Program-made: the position numbers and the translations under genes | In this document: positions 28,441 to 38,089 of the stretch, piece after piece | How positions within the stretch are numbered: the first letter of the stretch is position 1 | How the letters are laid out: the number at the start of each line of letters is the position of its first letter | Assembly (NCBI GenBank): GCA_947502835.1 | Contig: CANNBJ010000002.1 | Span: forward strand, 475,396 to 539,395 | Length of the DNA: 64,000 nucleotides | Source: Bdellovibrionales bacterium | GTDB taxonomy: Bacteria > Bdellovibrionota > UBA1018 > CAIMNF01 | Direction: 5' to 3' | The notes under the pieces: model-generated | What the model was told of the DNA's origin: nothing | Database searches by the model: none | Seen by the model: the letters and a program-made list of their open reading frames with translations, nothing else

Positions 28441-28483
28441 GAACCCGACTCTAGATCAGCCGGGTTCGCGGATCAACAGGGAT

Positions 28484-29971
28484 TCATGCCTTTTTTGGCG
28501 GTTCCAGGCGCGGAAACAGCACCGGAGGATCCGAGAGGGTGTAGGTCTTCGGTGCAAGATCGAGGGTACCCGGTTTCATTCCGACAGAGGCGAGGGCCTT
28601 CGAGCCGGTCTCCGGCAAAAACGCAGCCAGAACTTGTGACACCACATCAATTCCGTAAAGCCCGTTGTACATGACCTCGATGAATTTTTTGCGGGATTCG
28701 GGATCCTCGTCCTTCAGACTCCAGGGGGCTTGGTCATTGATGTATCCGTTCACGCGATTCACTTCGGACCAGAGCCGGTCAAGCGCGCGATGATGTTCAC
28801 GCTTTTCCATATGCTCGTTCATTTCTTGGATGAAGGAGGAGAAATCAAATGCGATCGGCAGCCCCGCAGAGGGGATCGAATCGCCGATTCGCTTGCGGGC
28901 GAGCTTCACGACCCGCATGAGCAGATTTCCATAATCATTTCCGAGCTCCGACTGGTGGCGCTTCAGCAGGTCCTCGAGGACAAACGCACCATTGCTGTTC
29001 GAAGGGATCGCACGCAAGATGTAGTAGCGCATGGAATCGAGGGGCACCTTTGCCAGAACATCGAGTGGGTCGACTCCGTTGCCCAGGCTCTTCGACATTT
29101 TCCGGCCGTCGGCCGCGAGGACCATTCCGTGCACATAAATTTGCTTGGGAAGCGGAAGCCCCGCTGCGTGAAGCATGATCGGCCAGATCACCGCGTGGAA
29201 CCAGAGGATGTCCCGCCCGATCACGTGGGTGTCATTGGGCCAATTCCCTCCCGGTGCGGATGCCGTGTAGTAGTTGATGAGGGCGTCGAACCATGTGTAG
29301 ATCACGAATTCGGGCCTGCCCGGTACGGGAATCCCCCAGCCTTTCGCAGGACGGGTGATCGAAAGATCGCGCATGGGTTCACTCTCCAGGCGTGAAAGGA
29401 TTTCTTTTCTCGAGAGGTCCGGGTTCACGAATCCGGGATTTGCCTGGATGTGTTCGATGATCCATTTCTGGTACTGCCCGGTCTTGAGAAAAAAGCCCTT
29501 TTCAAGCACCTTGTCGAGGGGCTTGTAGTGCGCAGGACACTTGCCGTCCGGTGCTTGCAGATCGGTGTAATAGGCTTCGCAGTTGCCACAATAGAGACCC
29601 TCGTACTCGCCAAAATAAATGTCGCCCTTGTCTTCAAGGATCTTCCAGATCTTGTGGGTCGCCTCTTGGTGACGTGGCTCGCTCGTGCGGATGAATTCAT
29701 CATAGGAAATATTGAGCTTCGAGCAGAACTCGCGGAAGAGGGCCACATTCTGGTCCACGAAATCGCGTGTCGGAAGGCCCGCGCCCTCGGCACTTTTCAC
29801 GAGGTTCTGTCCGTTCTCGTCAGTGCCGGTCAGGAAGTACACCTCATGACCATTCAAGCGATACCAGCGGGCATAGGAGTCGGTGACGATCTTTTCGTAG
29901 GCATGCCCCATGTGGGGGGCTCCGTTCGGATAGTCGATTGCGGTGGTAATGGAAAATCGCGTTTTGGTCAT
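28484..29971 (-). CDS. metG: Methionine--tRNA ligase (short form)
   Basis: PNGAPHMGHAYE (HIGH-type) and KMSKSLGN (KMSKS) motifs, plus a CGNCEAYY...CP Zn knuckle. Confidence 0.9.
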   Translation of the reverse strand: MTKTRFSITTAIDYPNGAPHMGHAYEKIVTDSYARWYRLNGHEVYFLTGTDENGQNLVKSAEGAGLPTRDFVDQNVALFREFCSKLNISYDEFIRTSEPRHQEATHKIWKILEDKGDIYFGEYEGLYCGNCEAYYTDLQAPDGKCPAHYKPLDKVLEKGFFLKTGQYQKWIIEHIQANPGFVNPDLSRKEILSRLESEPMRDLSITRPAKGWGIPVPGRPEFVIYTWFDALINYYTASAPGGNWPNDTHVIGRDILWFHAVIWPIMLHAAGLPLPKQIYVHGMVLAADGRKMSKSLGNGVDPLDVLAKVPLDSMRYYILRAIPSNSNGAFVLEDLLKRHQSELGNDYGNLLMRVVKLARKRIGDSIPSAGLPIAFDFSSFIQEMNEHMEKREHHRALDRLWSEVNRVNGYINDQAPWSLKDEDPESRKKFIEVMYNGLYGIDVVSQVLAAFLPETGSKALASVGMKPGTLDLAPKTYTLSDPPVLFPRLEPPKKA

Positions 29972-29991
29972 AGGGGCTTACCCTATCAGAA

Positions 29992-30693
29992 TCAGCCGGC
30001 GCGGAAAAGGGCCGCAAAACCAAGACCCAAAACCCCTAAAACGCAGCCAAAGGCGATCATGATGAGAATCCAAGGAAGGAACACGATGCCCCCCGCCCTG
30101 AAATAGGAGATCCGGTATCGGATGCCGATCCCGATGATCAGAATGGCAATGTGGTAAATCCAACCGATTGCAGCACCCAGATTGAGCGGAAGAAACCCGA
30201 GAATCGCTGCGACAAGAGAGGGGGCTGACGAAACGGCCAACAGGCGGATGAAGAGCGAAAGATCGACCGGGTCGCGACCACTGTGTGGATCCTTTGGGAT
30301 CAGAATCAGCCCGCCAAGATACAGGACGAGGCCCGAGACGCAGAAACTTGCGACGGCTTGGAAGGGGGTCACGATGAGAGCCCCGATTTCAAGGGCAAAC
30401 GGGGACGAAACCGGAGAAGCTGCGGTACCGGCCTGGTTCCAGATCGACTCGGGGACGTCCTTGAAGAGCGGCAGGTTCGAGAAGCTCTCCTGGATCCGTT
30501 TCACGCTGTCCAGCAGGGTTTCATGCTTCACGACCCGGGTCAGCCATTCAAGAATCGCGGCAAGCCACTTTACCAGGATGCCGAAGGCCAACGCCTGCGC
30601 AAAACCGATGGAAGGGAGACGTTCTTTGTAGAAGCGCGTCGGCTCGGTCAGAACATGAACCAGATCCTTGAAAAACGATCGAAGAAAATCCAT
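29992..30693 (-). CDS. Yip1-domain-like integral membrane protein
   Basis: Five hydrophobic segments and an N-terminus (FFKDLVHVLTEPTRFYKE) as in Yip1/DUF1282-type proteins. The family call is tentative. Confidence 0.45.
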   Translation of the reverse strand: MDFLRSFFKDLVHVLTEPTRFYKERLPSIGFAQALAFGILVKWLAAILEWLTRVVKHETLLDSVKRIQESFSNLPLFKDVPESIWNQAGTAASPVSSPFALEIGALIVTPFQAVASFCVSGLVLYLGGLILIPKDPHSGRDPVDLSLFIRLLAVSSAPSLVAAILGFLPLNLGAAIGWIYHIAILIIGIGIRYRISYFRAGGIVFLPWILIMIAFGCVLGVLGLGFAALFRAG

Positions 30694-32097
30694 TCACTTA
30701 GCTTTCCATGAATCGGCTTTCAGGGGAAACGCATTCTTCAGGACATCCGAGAGAAGAAATGCCTCGTTGATCCCGGAAAGAAGGTCGCGCGCATGGAGTT
30801 TTCCGGAGGATTCGTACACGAGGTAGGAGAATTTTCCCGGACTCTTCTCGTCGCCAAAGGAGAGGGTGAGGGAGTCTCCGGATTTCCGGGGGGCCGGAGT
30901 CTTGATTTCCGGATTGTGTTCACTTGCCATTTGATCAATCAGTCCCTGGATCTTCGAGGGGTCAAGCTTCATTCCGGAGTCCTTTTGAATCCACTTTCCC
31001 CCCTCGTAAGCAAATTCGGCAGGAGCAGGATGCGCGGATCCCTTCAGCTGCACACGGGTAATCAGAACCTTTTCGCCCTGGGTGAGGAGGAGATTCCTTC
31101 GCAGTTCATCCCGTTTTTTGTTGATCTGAACCATGAGGTTGCTCTCCACCTCATAAACGAGTTTCAAGTCCGGCGACCTCAGGAAGAATCGCTTGGCCTT
31201 TTCGAGGATCTCGAAACGAACGGGGGCGCCTTTTTTCAAGTGAAGGTCATACCGGAGCATGGACTTCGCGCCCTTCCAATCCGCATCCGCAGGGAATTCT
31301 TTCGCCCGGGCCTGGGCGACCGAGGAGAGCAGGGTTCCGACACGGTCCTGATCGGCCGCCATGCCGTTGATCTCCCAGATTCCGTTGGTGAGTTTCCCTT
31401 CCAGTTTTCCGGATGGGATTTTCGCCGTGAAGGAATCCACTTCCATTCGATCAAATCCGAAAATGGTCTTGTCCCGAAAATGGGTCAAGCCCTTGTCGAA
31501 CAGATTCGAGCGGTAAAAATTCGCGACGAGGAAAATCGTATCCGTGGTGATCTTGCCATCCACCGCCGAGGCCACGAAGACCTTGTCCCCGATGGGATGA
31601 TCTTCCCCGAACCAGGCGGTAACCTTCTTGCCGTTTTCGAGGGTAAGCTCCACGAACGAGGTATTGAGATGGGTCCGTTTCGGATCGCTGAGCCCGTACT
31701 CATCGAGGATTGAATTTCGCTTCTCTTCGGTTTCATCCACAAGGCTTACGGTTTCGGCGGCACTCATTCCGGAAACATTGTTGAGATAGTCACGGATGTT
31801 GTCTCCGTCCCCTTTCAGGGTTTCCGGATAGGTGATCGTCCAGTCCGCAGTGGATCCCACCTTACAGGTTTTTTTTGCCAGGCTCTCGCATTTGCCCTCG
31901 ATCACGCCCTTGGCCGATTTGATTCTGAATGCGGCGATTTGGTCGGTTTCCGCCGCAAAAGCCAGGGGTTTCTTGGTTTGGGCATCGGCACGTTCCTTCT
32001 TCGGCTTGTGCGAGAACTGGAGCCAGTACGTGAAGGATCCAAGCACGAACACGGTTCCGGAGAGGATGAGGGCGGGCTTCCAATCGGGCTTCTTCAT
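30694..32097 (-). CDS. DUF4340-like protein (accessory to GldG-type ABC-2 systems)
   Basis: N-terminal TM anchor followed by repeated beta-rich modules. Its position immediately downstream of the GldG-like gene is the usual context for DUF4340. Confidence 0.5.
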   Translation of the reverse strand: MKKPDWKPALILSGTVFVLGSFTYWLQFSHKPKKERADAQTKKPLAFAAETDQIAAFRIKSAKGVIEGKCESLAKKTCKVGSTADWTITYPETLKGDGDNIRDYLNNVSGMSAAETVSLVDETEEKRNSILDEYGLSDPKRTHLNTSFVELTLENGKKVTAWFGEDHPIGDKVFVASAVDGKITTDTIFLVANFYRSNLFDKGLTHFRDKTIFGFDRMEVDSFTAKIPSGKLEGKLTNGIWEINGMAADQDRVGTLLSSVAQARAKEFPADADWKGAKSMLRYDLHLKKGAPVRFEILEKAKRFFLRSPDLKLVYEVESNLMVQINKKRDELRRNLLLTQGEKVLITRVQLKGSAHPAPAEFAYEGGKWIQKDSGMKLDPSKIQGLIDQMASEHNPEIKTPAPRKSGDSLTLSFGDEKSPGKFSYLVYESSGKLHARDLLSGINEAFLLSDVLKNAFPLKADSWKAK

Positions 32098-32110
32098 GGC
32101 GGCGTCCTCC

Positions 32111-33496
32111 TCAGAGTTTCTTCCTGCGGACCCAGATGACGATTCCGAATACGGCGATCAGGATCGGAATCAGAATCACGCAGGAGAGGAAGATGGCGAT
32201 GCTCTGATTCTGCGAGAGTTCCAGCGTCGATCCTTCGTCCTCTTTGGCGCGGATCGAAATCATGTTCTCATCCTCCACCACCCAGCTCACGGCATTCAGG
32301 AATAGGTCCACGTTGGCACCGAAGCGCGAGAACTGGTTGTTCGGAAACTGTCCCGATCCAAACACCACGAGCCGGGTTTCACGGGTTGATTTCGAGTCCT
32401 TCCGTTTTCCGTTCACCTGGATTGCGGTGGTGAGGGGACCTGCAGGATCAGTGGCATCCTTCTTCGCAGAACCCTTGGCGAGTGCGGCGAAGTCGGTTTC
32501 TCCGAAGGCGTTTGGAGTGGTCTTGGCCACCCAATTTGTTTTCAAGCCCTCGGGAGCCGGGTTCCCAAGTTCAAGCGGGCGGGAAAAGGGAAAATAGGCC
32601 TGTCCCTGGAAGTCCTTGCCAAGAGCGGTCTCCTTGTTGAAGGTGGCAATGATCGGTACGGTTGCATCCACTCCAATCATCTTCGAAACCGGATCGACGA
32701 TGAGGGCGGACTTCGTCGAAACCCCATAGCTCTCGAGAATTGCCTTCAGTTCCTTGTTCTGGTCCTGACCATTCAGGGTGGCATCGATTCCGACCACCAT
32801 GCGGCCGCCTTCCGAGAGGTAGGTTTCGATGAGCTTCACTTCGTTCGGGAAGAGGGCCTTGTTGGCACCCATCATCACCACGGCCGAGCATTCGGCCGGA
32901 ATCTTCTCTTGTTGGCTCAAGGTGAGTTCGCGAATCACGTACGACTGGTCCTCGAGTCCCTTCTTGGAAGCCGAGAGTCCCGTTGCGGTATTGTCGGAAA
33001 AGGATGCTTCTCCGTGCCCGATCACAGGACAGATCGTGAGTTTTCCGTCTTTGGTGAGCTTGATCAGCTCATTGGTGACCTTTTCCTCGGTGATCTCCTC
33101 GATGCGGGAGGTTTTGCCCTGGTAGGTGAGCACCAAGGTGTCCATTTTCTTGATGCCTGCCGCTTTGGCGCGAGTGGGTTCCTTGTTCGGGTCAACCGTC
33201 TGGTATTTGAATAGGGTTGAGGCCTTCTTATAGTTCTCGAAAATCGGGCGGAATTTTTCGCGTGATCCGAAATCCCCGTAGAGGGTGGCCTCCACCGGTT
33301 CCTTCAATCCCTGCATGAGCTTCGTGGTCTGATCCGAGAACGTATGAAGCTTGTTGCGGGTCAAATCAAACCGTTTCGGATACTGCTTCCCGAGGAAGTT
33401 CAGGAGTCCGACGATCGAGACGACCACGAGGACGATGAAAACGGAGTTCACTCCGAATGAAATCTTGCGGCTTTTTTGTTCTTGATTCGCATTCAT
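32111..33496 (-). CDS. GldG-family ABC-2 transporter auxiliary protein
   Basis: N- and C-terminal TM anchors and a large periplasmic domain (KRFDLTRNKLHTFSDQT...). It lies adjacent to the ABC-2 permease and ATPase. Confidence 0.7.
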   Translation of the reverse strand: MNANQEQKSRKISFGVNSVFIVLVVVSIVGLLNFLGKQYPKRFDLTRNKLHTFSDQTTKLMQGLKEPVEATLYGDFGSREKFRPIFENYKKASTLFKYQTVDPNKEPTRAKAAGIKKMDTLVLTYQGKTSRIEEITEEKVTNELIKLTKDGKLTICPVIGHGEASFSDNTATGLSASKKGLEDQSYVIRELTLSQQEKIPAECSAVVMMGANKALFPNEVKLIETYLSEGGRMVVGIDATLNGQDQNKELKAILESYGVSTKSALIVDPVSKMIGVDATVPIIATFNKETALGKDFQGQAYFPFSRPLELGNPAPEGLKTNWVAKTTPNAFGETDFAALAKGSAKKDATDPAGPLTTAIQVNGKRKDSKSTRETRLVVFGSGQFPNNQFSRFGANVDLFLNAVSWVVEDENMISIRAKEDEGSTLELSQNQSIAIFLSCVILIPILIAVFGIVIWVRRKKL

Positions 33497-33500
33497 GGTT

Positions 33501-34277
33501 TTATCTCCAACGATAAGAGTCCAGGACCCGGTGGGTGAAGAAGAGTCCGAGACCGACGAATGACAGGTAAAAAATCACATCGCTCGTATCAATGATTCCT
33601 TGGCTGAAATTGTTGTAGTGCTGGATCAGCGAGAGGTAATCGAGGAAGTCGCTCCAAACCGGCCCCGCCGACTGGGAAGCCCAATTGATGAGCCACAAGA
33701 AAAGTCCGGCCGCAAAGGTGAGAGCGCCCGCAACGATCTGATTCTCGGTCATCGACGAGAACAGCACTCCTGTGGCGATGTAACAGCTCGTGAGCAGGAA
33801 GGTTCCAAGATTGCTTGAAACCAGAGCGCCCACGTCCGGGTTGCCATAGAGGACAAGAACCACGGGATAGACCGCAGTCAGGGCCAGCATGGTGACGACC
33901 AGAAGCAAGGCTGACAGGAACTTGCCCACGATGATCTCGGAAAGACGCATCGGGGAGGTCATGAGCAGCTGCAGGGTCTGGAGCTTCCGTTCTTCCGCAA
34001 AAAGACGCATGGTGATGAATGGCACGATGAACAGGAAGATCACGTTCATGTTCCCGTACAAGGGGCGGATGATTCCTTCAGTGAGGCTCGCTCCCTTGCC
34101 CATTCCGAACTGCTTGTACTGGATGGATTGCACGGCGAAGTGCTGGAGATTGAAGAAAAACATCCAGCCCATCAGCGCGAGGAACCCCGCGATCACGATG
34201 TAGGCGATCGGGGAGGTGAAGTAGCTCTTGAAATCGCGGGACGCGACCGCCCACATTTTCTTGAAACTGAATCTCAT
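33501..34277 (-). CDS. ABC-2 type transporter permease (GldF-like)
   Basis: Six TM segments and FKSYFTSPIAYIVIAGF, an N-terminus typical of ABC-2 permeases. Confidence 0.75.
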   Translation of the reverse strand: MRFSFKKMWAVASRDFKSYFTSPIAYIVIAGFLALMGWMFFFNLQHFAVQSIQYKQFGMGKGASLTEGIIRPLYGNMNVIFLFIVPFITMRLFAEERKLQTLQLLMTSPMRLSEIIVGKFLSALLLVVTMLALTAVYPVVLVLYGNPDVGALVSSNLGTFLLTSCYIATGVLFSSMTENQIVAGALTFAAGLFLWLINWASQSAGPVWSDFLDYLSLIQHYNNFSQGIIDTSDVIFYLSFVGLGLFFTHRVLDSYRWR

Positions 34278-35203
34278 GTGTTGTTCTCCTGTGTGGTGAG
34301 TTGCAAAAACACGTCCTCAAGGCTGAGCTTCTCGGAGGTGAACTCGAGCACACCCATCCTGCTTGCGACTGCAGCCTCAATGATCCGGTCACGGATTTCA
34401 CCTTGCTCGGGCAGGATCTCAATCGAGAGCGTGCCGCCCTCGGCGGTGACAGCCTTCACTCCACCCACCGATTTGAGTGCGGTGATGCCGTTCTCGGAGG
34501 GGTTCTTCACATTCAGCGTGTAAAGCAAGCCCTGCCGCATGCGAGTGGTCAGGCGCTCAATCGTATCCTGGGCCACGATCCGGCCTTTGTTGATCACGAT
34601 GATTCGCTGGCAGGTGGCGGTAACCTCGGGAAGGATGTGGGAGCTCAGGATCACAGTGTGTTGGCCTGCAAGGCTCTTGATCAGTTCCCGGATCTCGATG
34701 ATCTGAACCGGGTCGAGACCTACGGTCGGCTCATCGAGGATCAGGACCTTCGGATCGTGCACGAGGGCCTGGGCAAGGCCCACCCTTTGACGGAACCCTT
34801 TGGACAGGTTGCCGATGATCCGGTTCTTCACTTGGGTGAGACCTGTGCGCTGAAGGGCGGAGTCCACGGCGGATTTGAGTTTTGCTTTCGGCACATCATG
34901 GATCCGGGCCGCAAACTTCAGGTACTCCTCGACCACCATCTCAAGATAGACGGGGGGATTCTCGGGGAGATAGCCCACGCTTCGTTTCACTTCGAGCGGG
35001 GATTCAAACACGTCAAAGCCGTTCACTTTCACGGTACCGGCACTTGCCGGCATAAAGCCGGTCAGGATTTTCATGGTGGTGGATTTTCCGGCGCCATTGG
35101 GTCCCAGAAATCCGACAACCTCTCCTGAGTTCACGGTAAAGCTCAAGTCGTTCACGGCAGTCCTCGGGCCGTAGAATTTGGTGAGACCGGATACGTCGAT
35201 CAT
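34274..35203 (-). CDS. ABC transporter ATP-binding protein (ABC-2/GldA-like)
   Basis: GPNGAGKST Walker A, LSKGFRQRVGLAQAL signature and LILDEPTVGLD Walker B. Confidence 0.9.
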   Translation of the reverse strand: MIDVSGLTKFYGPRTAVNDLSFTVNSGEVVGFLGPNGAGKSTTMKILTGFMPASAGTVKVNGFDVFESPLEVKRSVGYLPENPPVYLEMVVEEYLKFAARIHDVPKAKLKSAVDSALQRTGLTQVKNRIIGNLSKGFRQRVGLAQALVHDPKVLILDEPTVGLDPVQIIEIRELIKSLAGQHTVILSSHILPEVTATCQRIIVINKGRIVAQDTIERLTTRMRQGLLYTLNVKNPSENGITALKSVGGVKAVTAEGGTLSIEILPEQGEIRDRIIEAAVASRMGVLEFTSEKLSLEDVFLQLTTQENNT

Positions 35204-35328
35204 GGTCGGTTTCCTCCTGATGAAAAATTTTTACGCACTAGAATGATCGCGTTCCGGAAAATGTCAAGATCCTTGCGATCGAGGCTCTTTCATGTCACCT
35301 TTACGCCAAGAAAAAAAGGGGTAGGTCT

Positions 35329-37044
35329 ATGAAACTGAAAATCGTTTTTTTGGCGACTGCTTTTCTCGGTCTTTCAGCGGGTGCGGCTCCGAAATCCGCT
35401 GCCGTCTTTTCAAGCAAATCCGGAGATGCCTACCGGAAGCTCCCCGATGCCAGAAAGGCCGGCACCCTGTTTCTCACCATGCTTGGAAATCCCAAGGTTT
35501 TGGTTCCCCTTCTTGCCGATGATGTTCCCTCCCGGAACACGGTGGATTATCTCTTCGCCCAGTTGATGCGGCGGGATGCCGAGACGGGCGAGTATTTTCC
35601 GATGATCGCCGAGAAGGTGGAGGTTTCCAAAGACCGGAAACTCTACACCTTCACGATCCGGAAAGAGGCGACATGGGAGGATTCCACGCCCATTACCGCC
35701 GAGGACGCTGAATTCACCTTCCAGACGCTGATGAACCCGAAGGTGGAGGCCGCCTCCCTTCGTTCGTATTTCGAGGGGATGAAGTTCGAGAAGCTCGATA
35801 TTCAAAGCTTTCGGTTTTCGGTAGAGAAACCAAACGTGAATACCTTGGCCTCGATCCTCGACGACTTTCTGATCATTCAGAAAAAACAATTCGCCCAGGT
35901 CCCGGACTTCAACAAGGCAAAGGGTGTGATGGAACCCGTGACAAGCGGCCCGTATCGGCTGAAGTCATTCGCCCGTGATCAAAAAGTCGAACTCGAGCTG
36001 AAAAAAGACTGGTGGGGTTTCAAGATCCCTGAATTCAAGAACATGTTCAATTTTGATTCGGTGATGCTCAGGATCATCTCGGATCCGGCGCTTGCCTACG
36101 AGAAATTCCTGAAGGGCGACATCGACATCCTCGAGATGAACGCCGAGACCTTCGGCAACAAAGTAAAAGGCGTGGACCGCGACAAGTTCGGAGCCGATGC
36201 TGAAGCAAAGCAGAACGTGTGGGCCAAGCACTTCATGACCGATGCTCCTGCGCCCTGGACCTACATTGGATGGAACAACAAGCGTCCCGTCTTTTCGAGC
36301 AAAAAGACGCGCCAAGCGCTTGCCCACCTGATCCCCTATGATGACATCCTGACCAAGGTCTATCACGGGGAGGGTGTGCGCGCTGTTTCCCCGTTCGGGT
36401 CACGAACTCCGAATGCGGCTCCCGATCAGGCAGCAAAGGCTTTTCCTTTCGATCCAAAGAAGGCCCTTCAACTCTTGAAGGAAGATGGATGGGCGGATCT
36501 TGACCATTCGGGAGTCCTGTCCCGGATGATCGATGGCAAGATGGTGAAGTTCGAGTTCACCATTCGCTACAACTCCGAGAATCCGATGCGCTCAAAGATT
36601 GCGCAGATGGTGAAGGAGCAGTTCCGGAAGGCAGGAGTCATGGTGAACATTCAGGCGCTCGAGTTCAATGCTTTGCTCGATCGTGTGGACAATCGTGATT
36701 TCGACGCCGTCGTGTTGGCTTGGGGCAAGGGGATGCTTCACTCCGATTCAAAGCAGATCTGGCACTCCAAATCTGCTGAAAACAAAGGCTCCAACTATGT
36801 TTCGTATTCCAATCCGGAGGTGGATCGCCTGATTGAACAGGCCACGACGGAGATGGACGGGGCAAAGCACTTCAAGCTGAATCAAAAAATCGGAAGCCTG
36901 ATTTACGATGACCAGCCCTATGCTTTCATCGCCGAGGTCCCGGGATTCATGGCGGGTCTCAGGCGCGAGAAGATCAAGGCAAAGAAATGGGTCATGAAGT
37001 ACGATGACACCGCACCGACCTGGATCTACTCGAGTGCGCCCTGA
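35329..37044 (+). CDS. ABC transporter substrate-binding protein, family 5 (YejA/OppA-like)
   Basis: Signal peptide, 571 aa, followed by YejB/YejE-like permeases. Typical family-5 SBP composition. Confidence 0.75.
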   Translation: MKLKIVFLATAFLGLSAGAAPKSAAVFSSKSGDAYRKLPDARKAGTLFLTMLGNPKVLVPLLADDVPSRNTVDYLFAQLMRRDAETGEYFPMIAEKVEVSKDRKLYTFTIRKEATWEDSTPITAEDAEFTFQTLMNPKVEAASLRSYFEGMKFEKLDIQSFRFSVEKPNVNTLASILDDFLIIQKKQFAQVPDFNKAKGVMEPVTSGPYRLKSFARDQKVELELKKDWWGFKIPEFKNMFNFDSVMLRIISDPALAYEKFLKGDIDILEMNAETFGNKVKGVDRDKFGADAEAKQNVWAKHFMTDAPAPWTYIGWNNKRPVFSSKKTRQALAHLIPYDDILTKVYHGEGVRAVSPFGSRTPNAAPDQAAKAFPFDPKKALQLLKEDGWADLDHSGVLSRMIDGKMVKFEFTIRYNSENPMRSKIAQMVKEQFRKAGVMVNIQALEFNALLDRVDNRDFDAVVLAWGKGMLHSDSKQIWHSKSAENKGSNYVSYSNPEVDRLIEQATTEMDGAKHFKLNQKIGSLIYDDQPYAFIAEVPGFMAGLRREKIKAKKWVMKYDDTAPTWIYSSAP

Positions 37045-37053
37045 GGAGCTTCC

Positions 37054-38088
37054 ATGATCCGCTACATTCTCCGCAGACTGCTCACCATGATTCCCATGTT
37101 TCTGCTGATGACCGCAGTGTATTTCTGGGTGCAGAATTCGCTCCCCGGGGGCCCTGTACAGGAGGCTCTTGCAAGGATTCAATTCGGAGGAGGCGAGGGA
37201 AGCGGACGAACGATGTCGGTCGAGGACATTGCAAAACTGCGTGCGGAGCTCGAGGTCCAATACGGACTCGACAAGCCCGTGCCGGTCCGTTACTGGAATT
37301 GGCTGAAGAAGATCACGGTGCTTGATTTCGGGGACTCGACCGCCACCCGGGAGCCCGCGATGAAAACGATTCTGGAGCGTGTTCCCGTTTCGCTCGGGTT
37401 TGGCATCCCGGGGTTTTTTCTTACCTACGTGGTCTGTATCTTTCTCGGACTCCTGAAGGGACTCCGAGATGGCACAAAGTTCGATACCGCAAGCTCGGTG
37501 ATTCTTTTCATCGCCTACAGCATTCCTGCGCTGGTGGTTTCAGTTGTATTGCTCATGGTGTTTTGCACGGACCGGTTTCTTCCGGGGGGGGCGATCTTTC
37601 CTCTGGGGGGTGCGCGGAGTGATCAGTGGGATACCTTCACGTTCGCCCAAAAATGTGCGGACTACGCAAAGCACATGTTTCTGCCGGTGGCCTCTTCGCT
37701 TCTCGGGGGATTCACCTTCCTGACGCTTCTCATGAAGAATTCACTTCTCGATGTTCTGAACAGCGATTTCATCCGGACCGCGCGCGCCAAGGGTCTCTCC
37801 GAGGGACGGGTGATCCTGAAGCATGCCCTTCGGAATGCAATTCTGCCACTCATGGTGGGCTTGGGCGGGTTTCTCTCCGCTTTTGTCGCGGGTTCGATTG
37901 TGATCGAGTCCGTATTCGGCCTTCCCGGCATGGGGAAGCTCATGATCGAGGCGCTCAATTCGCGGGACTACAATGTTCTCATGGGAGTTGCGGTCATCCA
38001 GTCGGGGGTGGTCATGTTCGGTCAGCTTTTGAGTGACATGGCGTATGTGATCGTGGATCCGAGAATCGATTTCGGGGGGAAGGGGTGA
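37054..38088 (+). CDS. ABC transporter permease (YejB-like)
   Basis: MIRYILRRLLTMIPMFLLMT N-terminus and DFIRTARAKGLSEGRVILKHALRNAILP EAA loop. Confidence 0.85.
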   Translation: MIRYILRRLLTMIPMFLLMTAVYFWVQNSLPGGPVQEALARIQFGGGEGSGRTMSVEDIAKLRAELEVQYGLDKPVPVRYWNWLKKITVLDFGDSTATREPAMKTILERVPVSLGFGIPGFFLTYVVCIFLGLLKGLRDGTKFDTASSVILFIAYSIPALVVSVVLLMVFCTDRFLPGGAIFPLGGARSDQWDTFTFAQKCADYAKHMFLPVASSLLGGFTFLTLLMKNSLLDVLNSDFIRTARAKGLSEGRVILKHALRNAILPLMVGLGGFLSAFVAGSIVIESVFGLPGMGKLMIEALNSRDYNVLMGVAVIQSGVVMFGQLLSDMAYVIVDPRIDFGGKG

Positions 38089-38089
38089 G

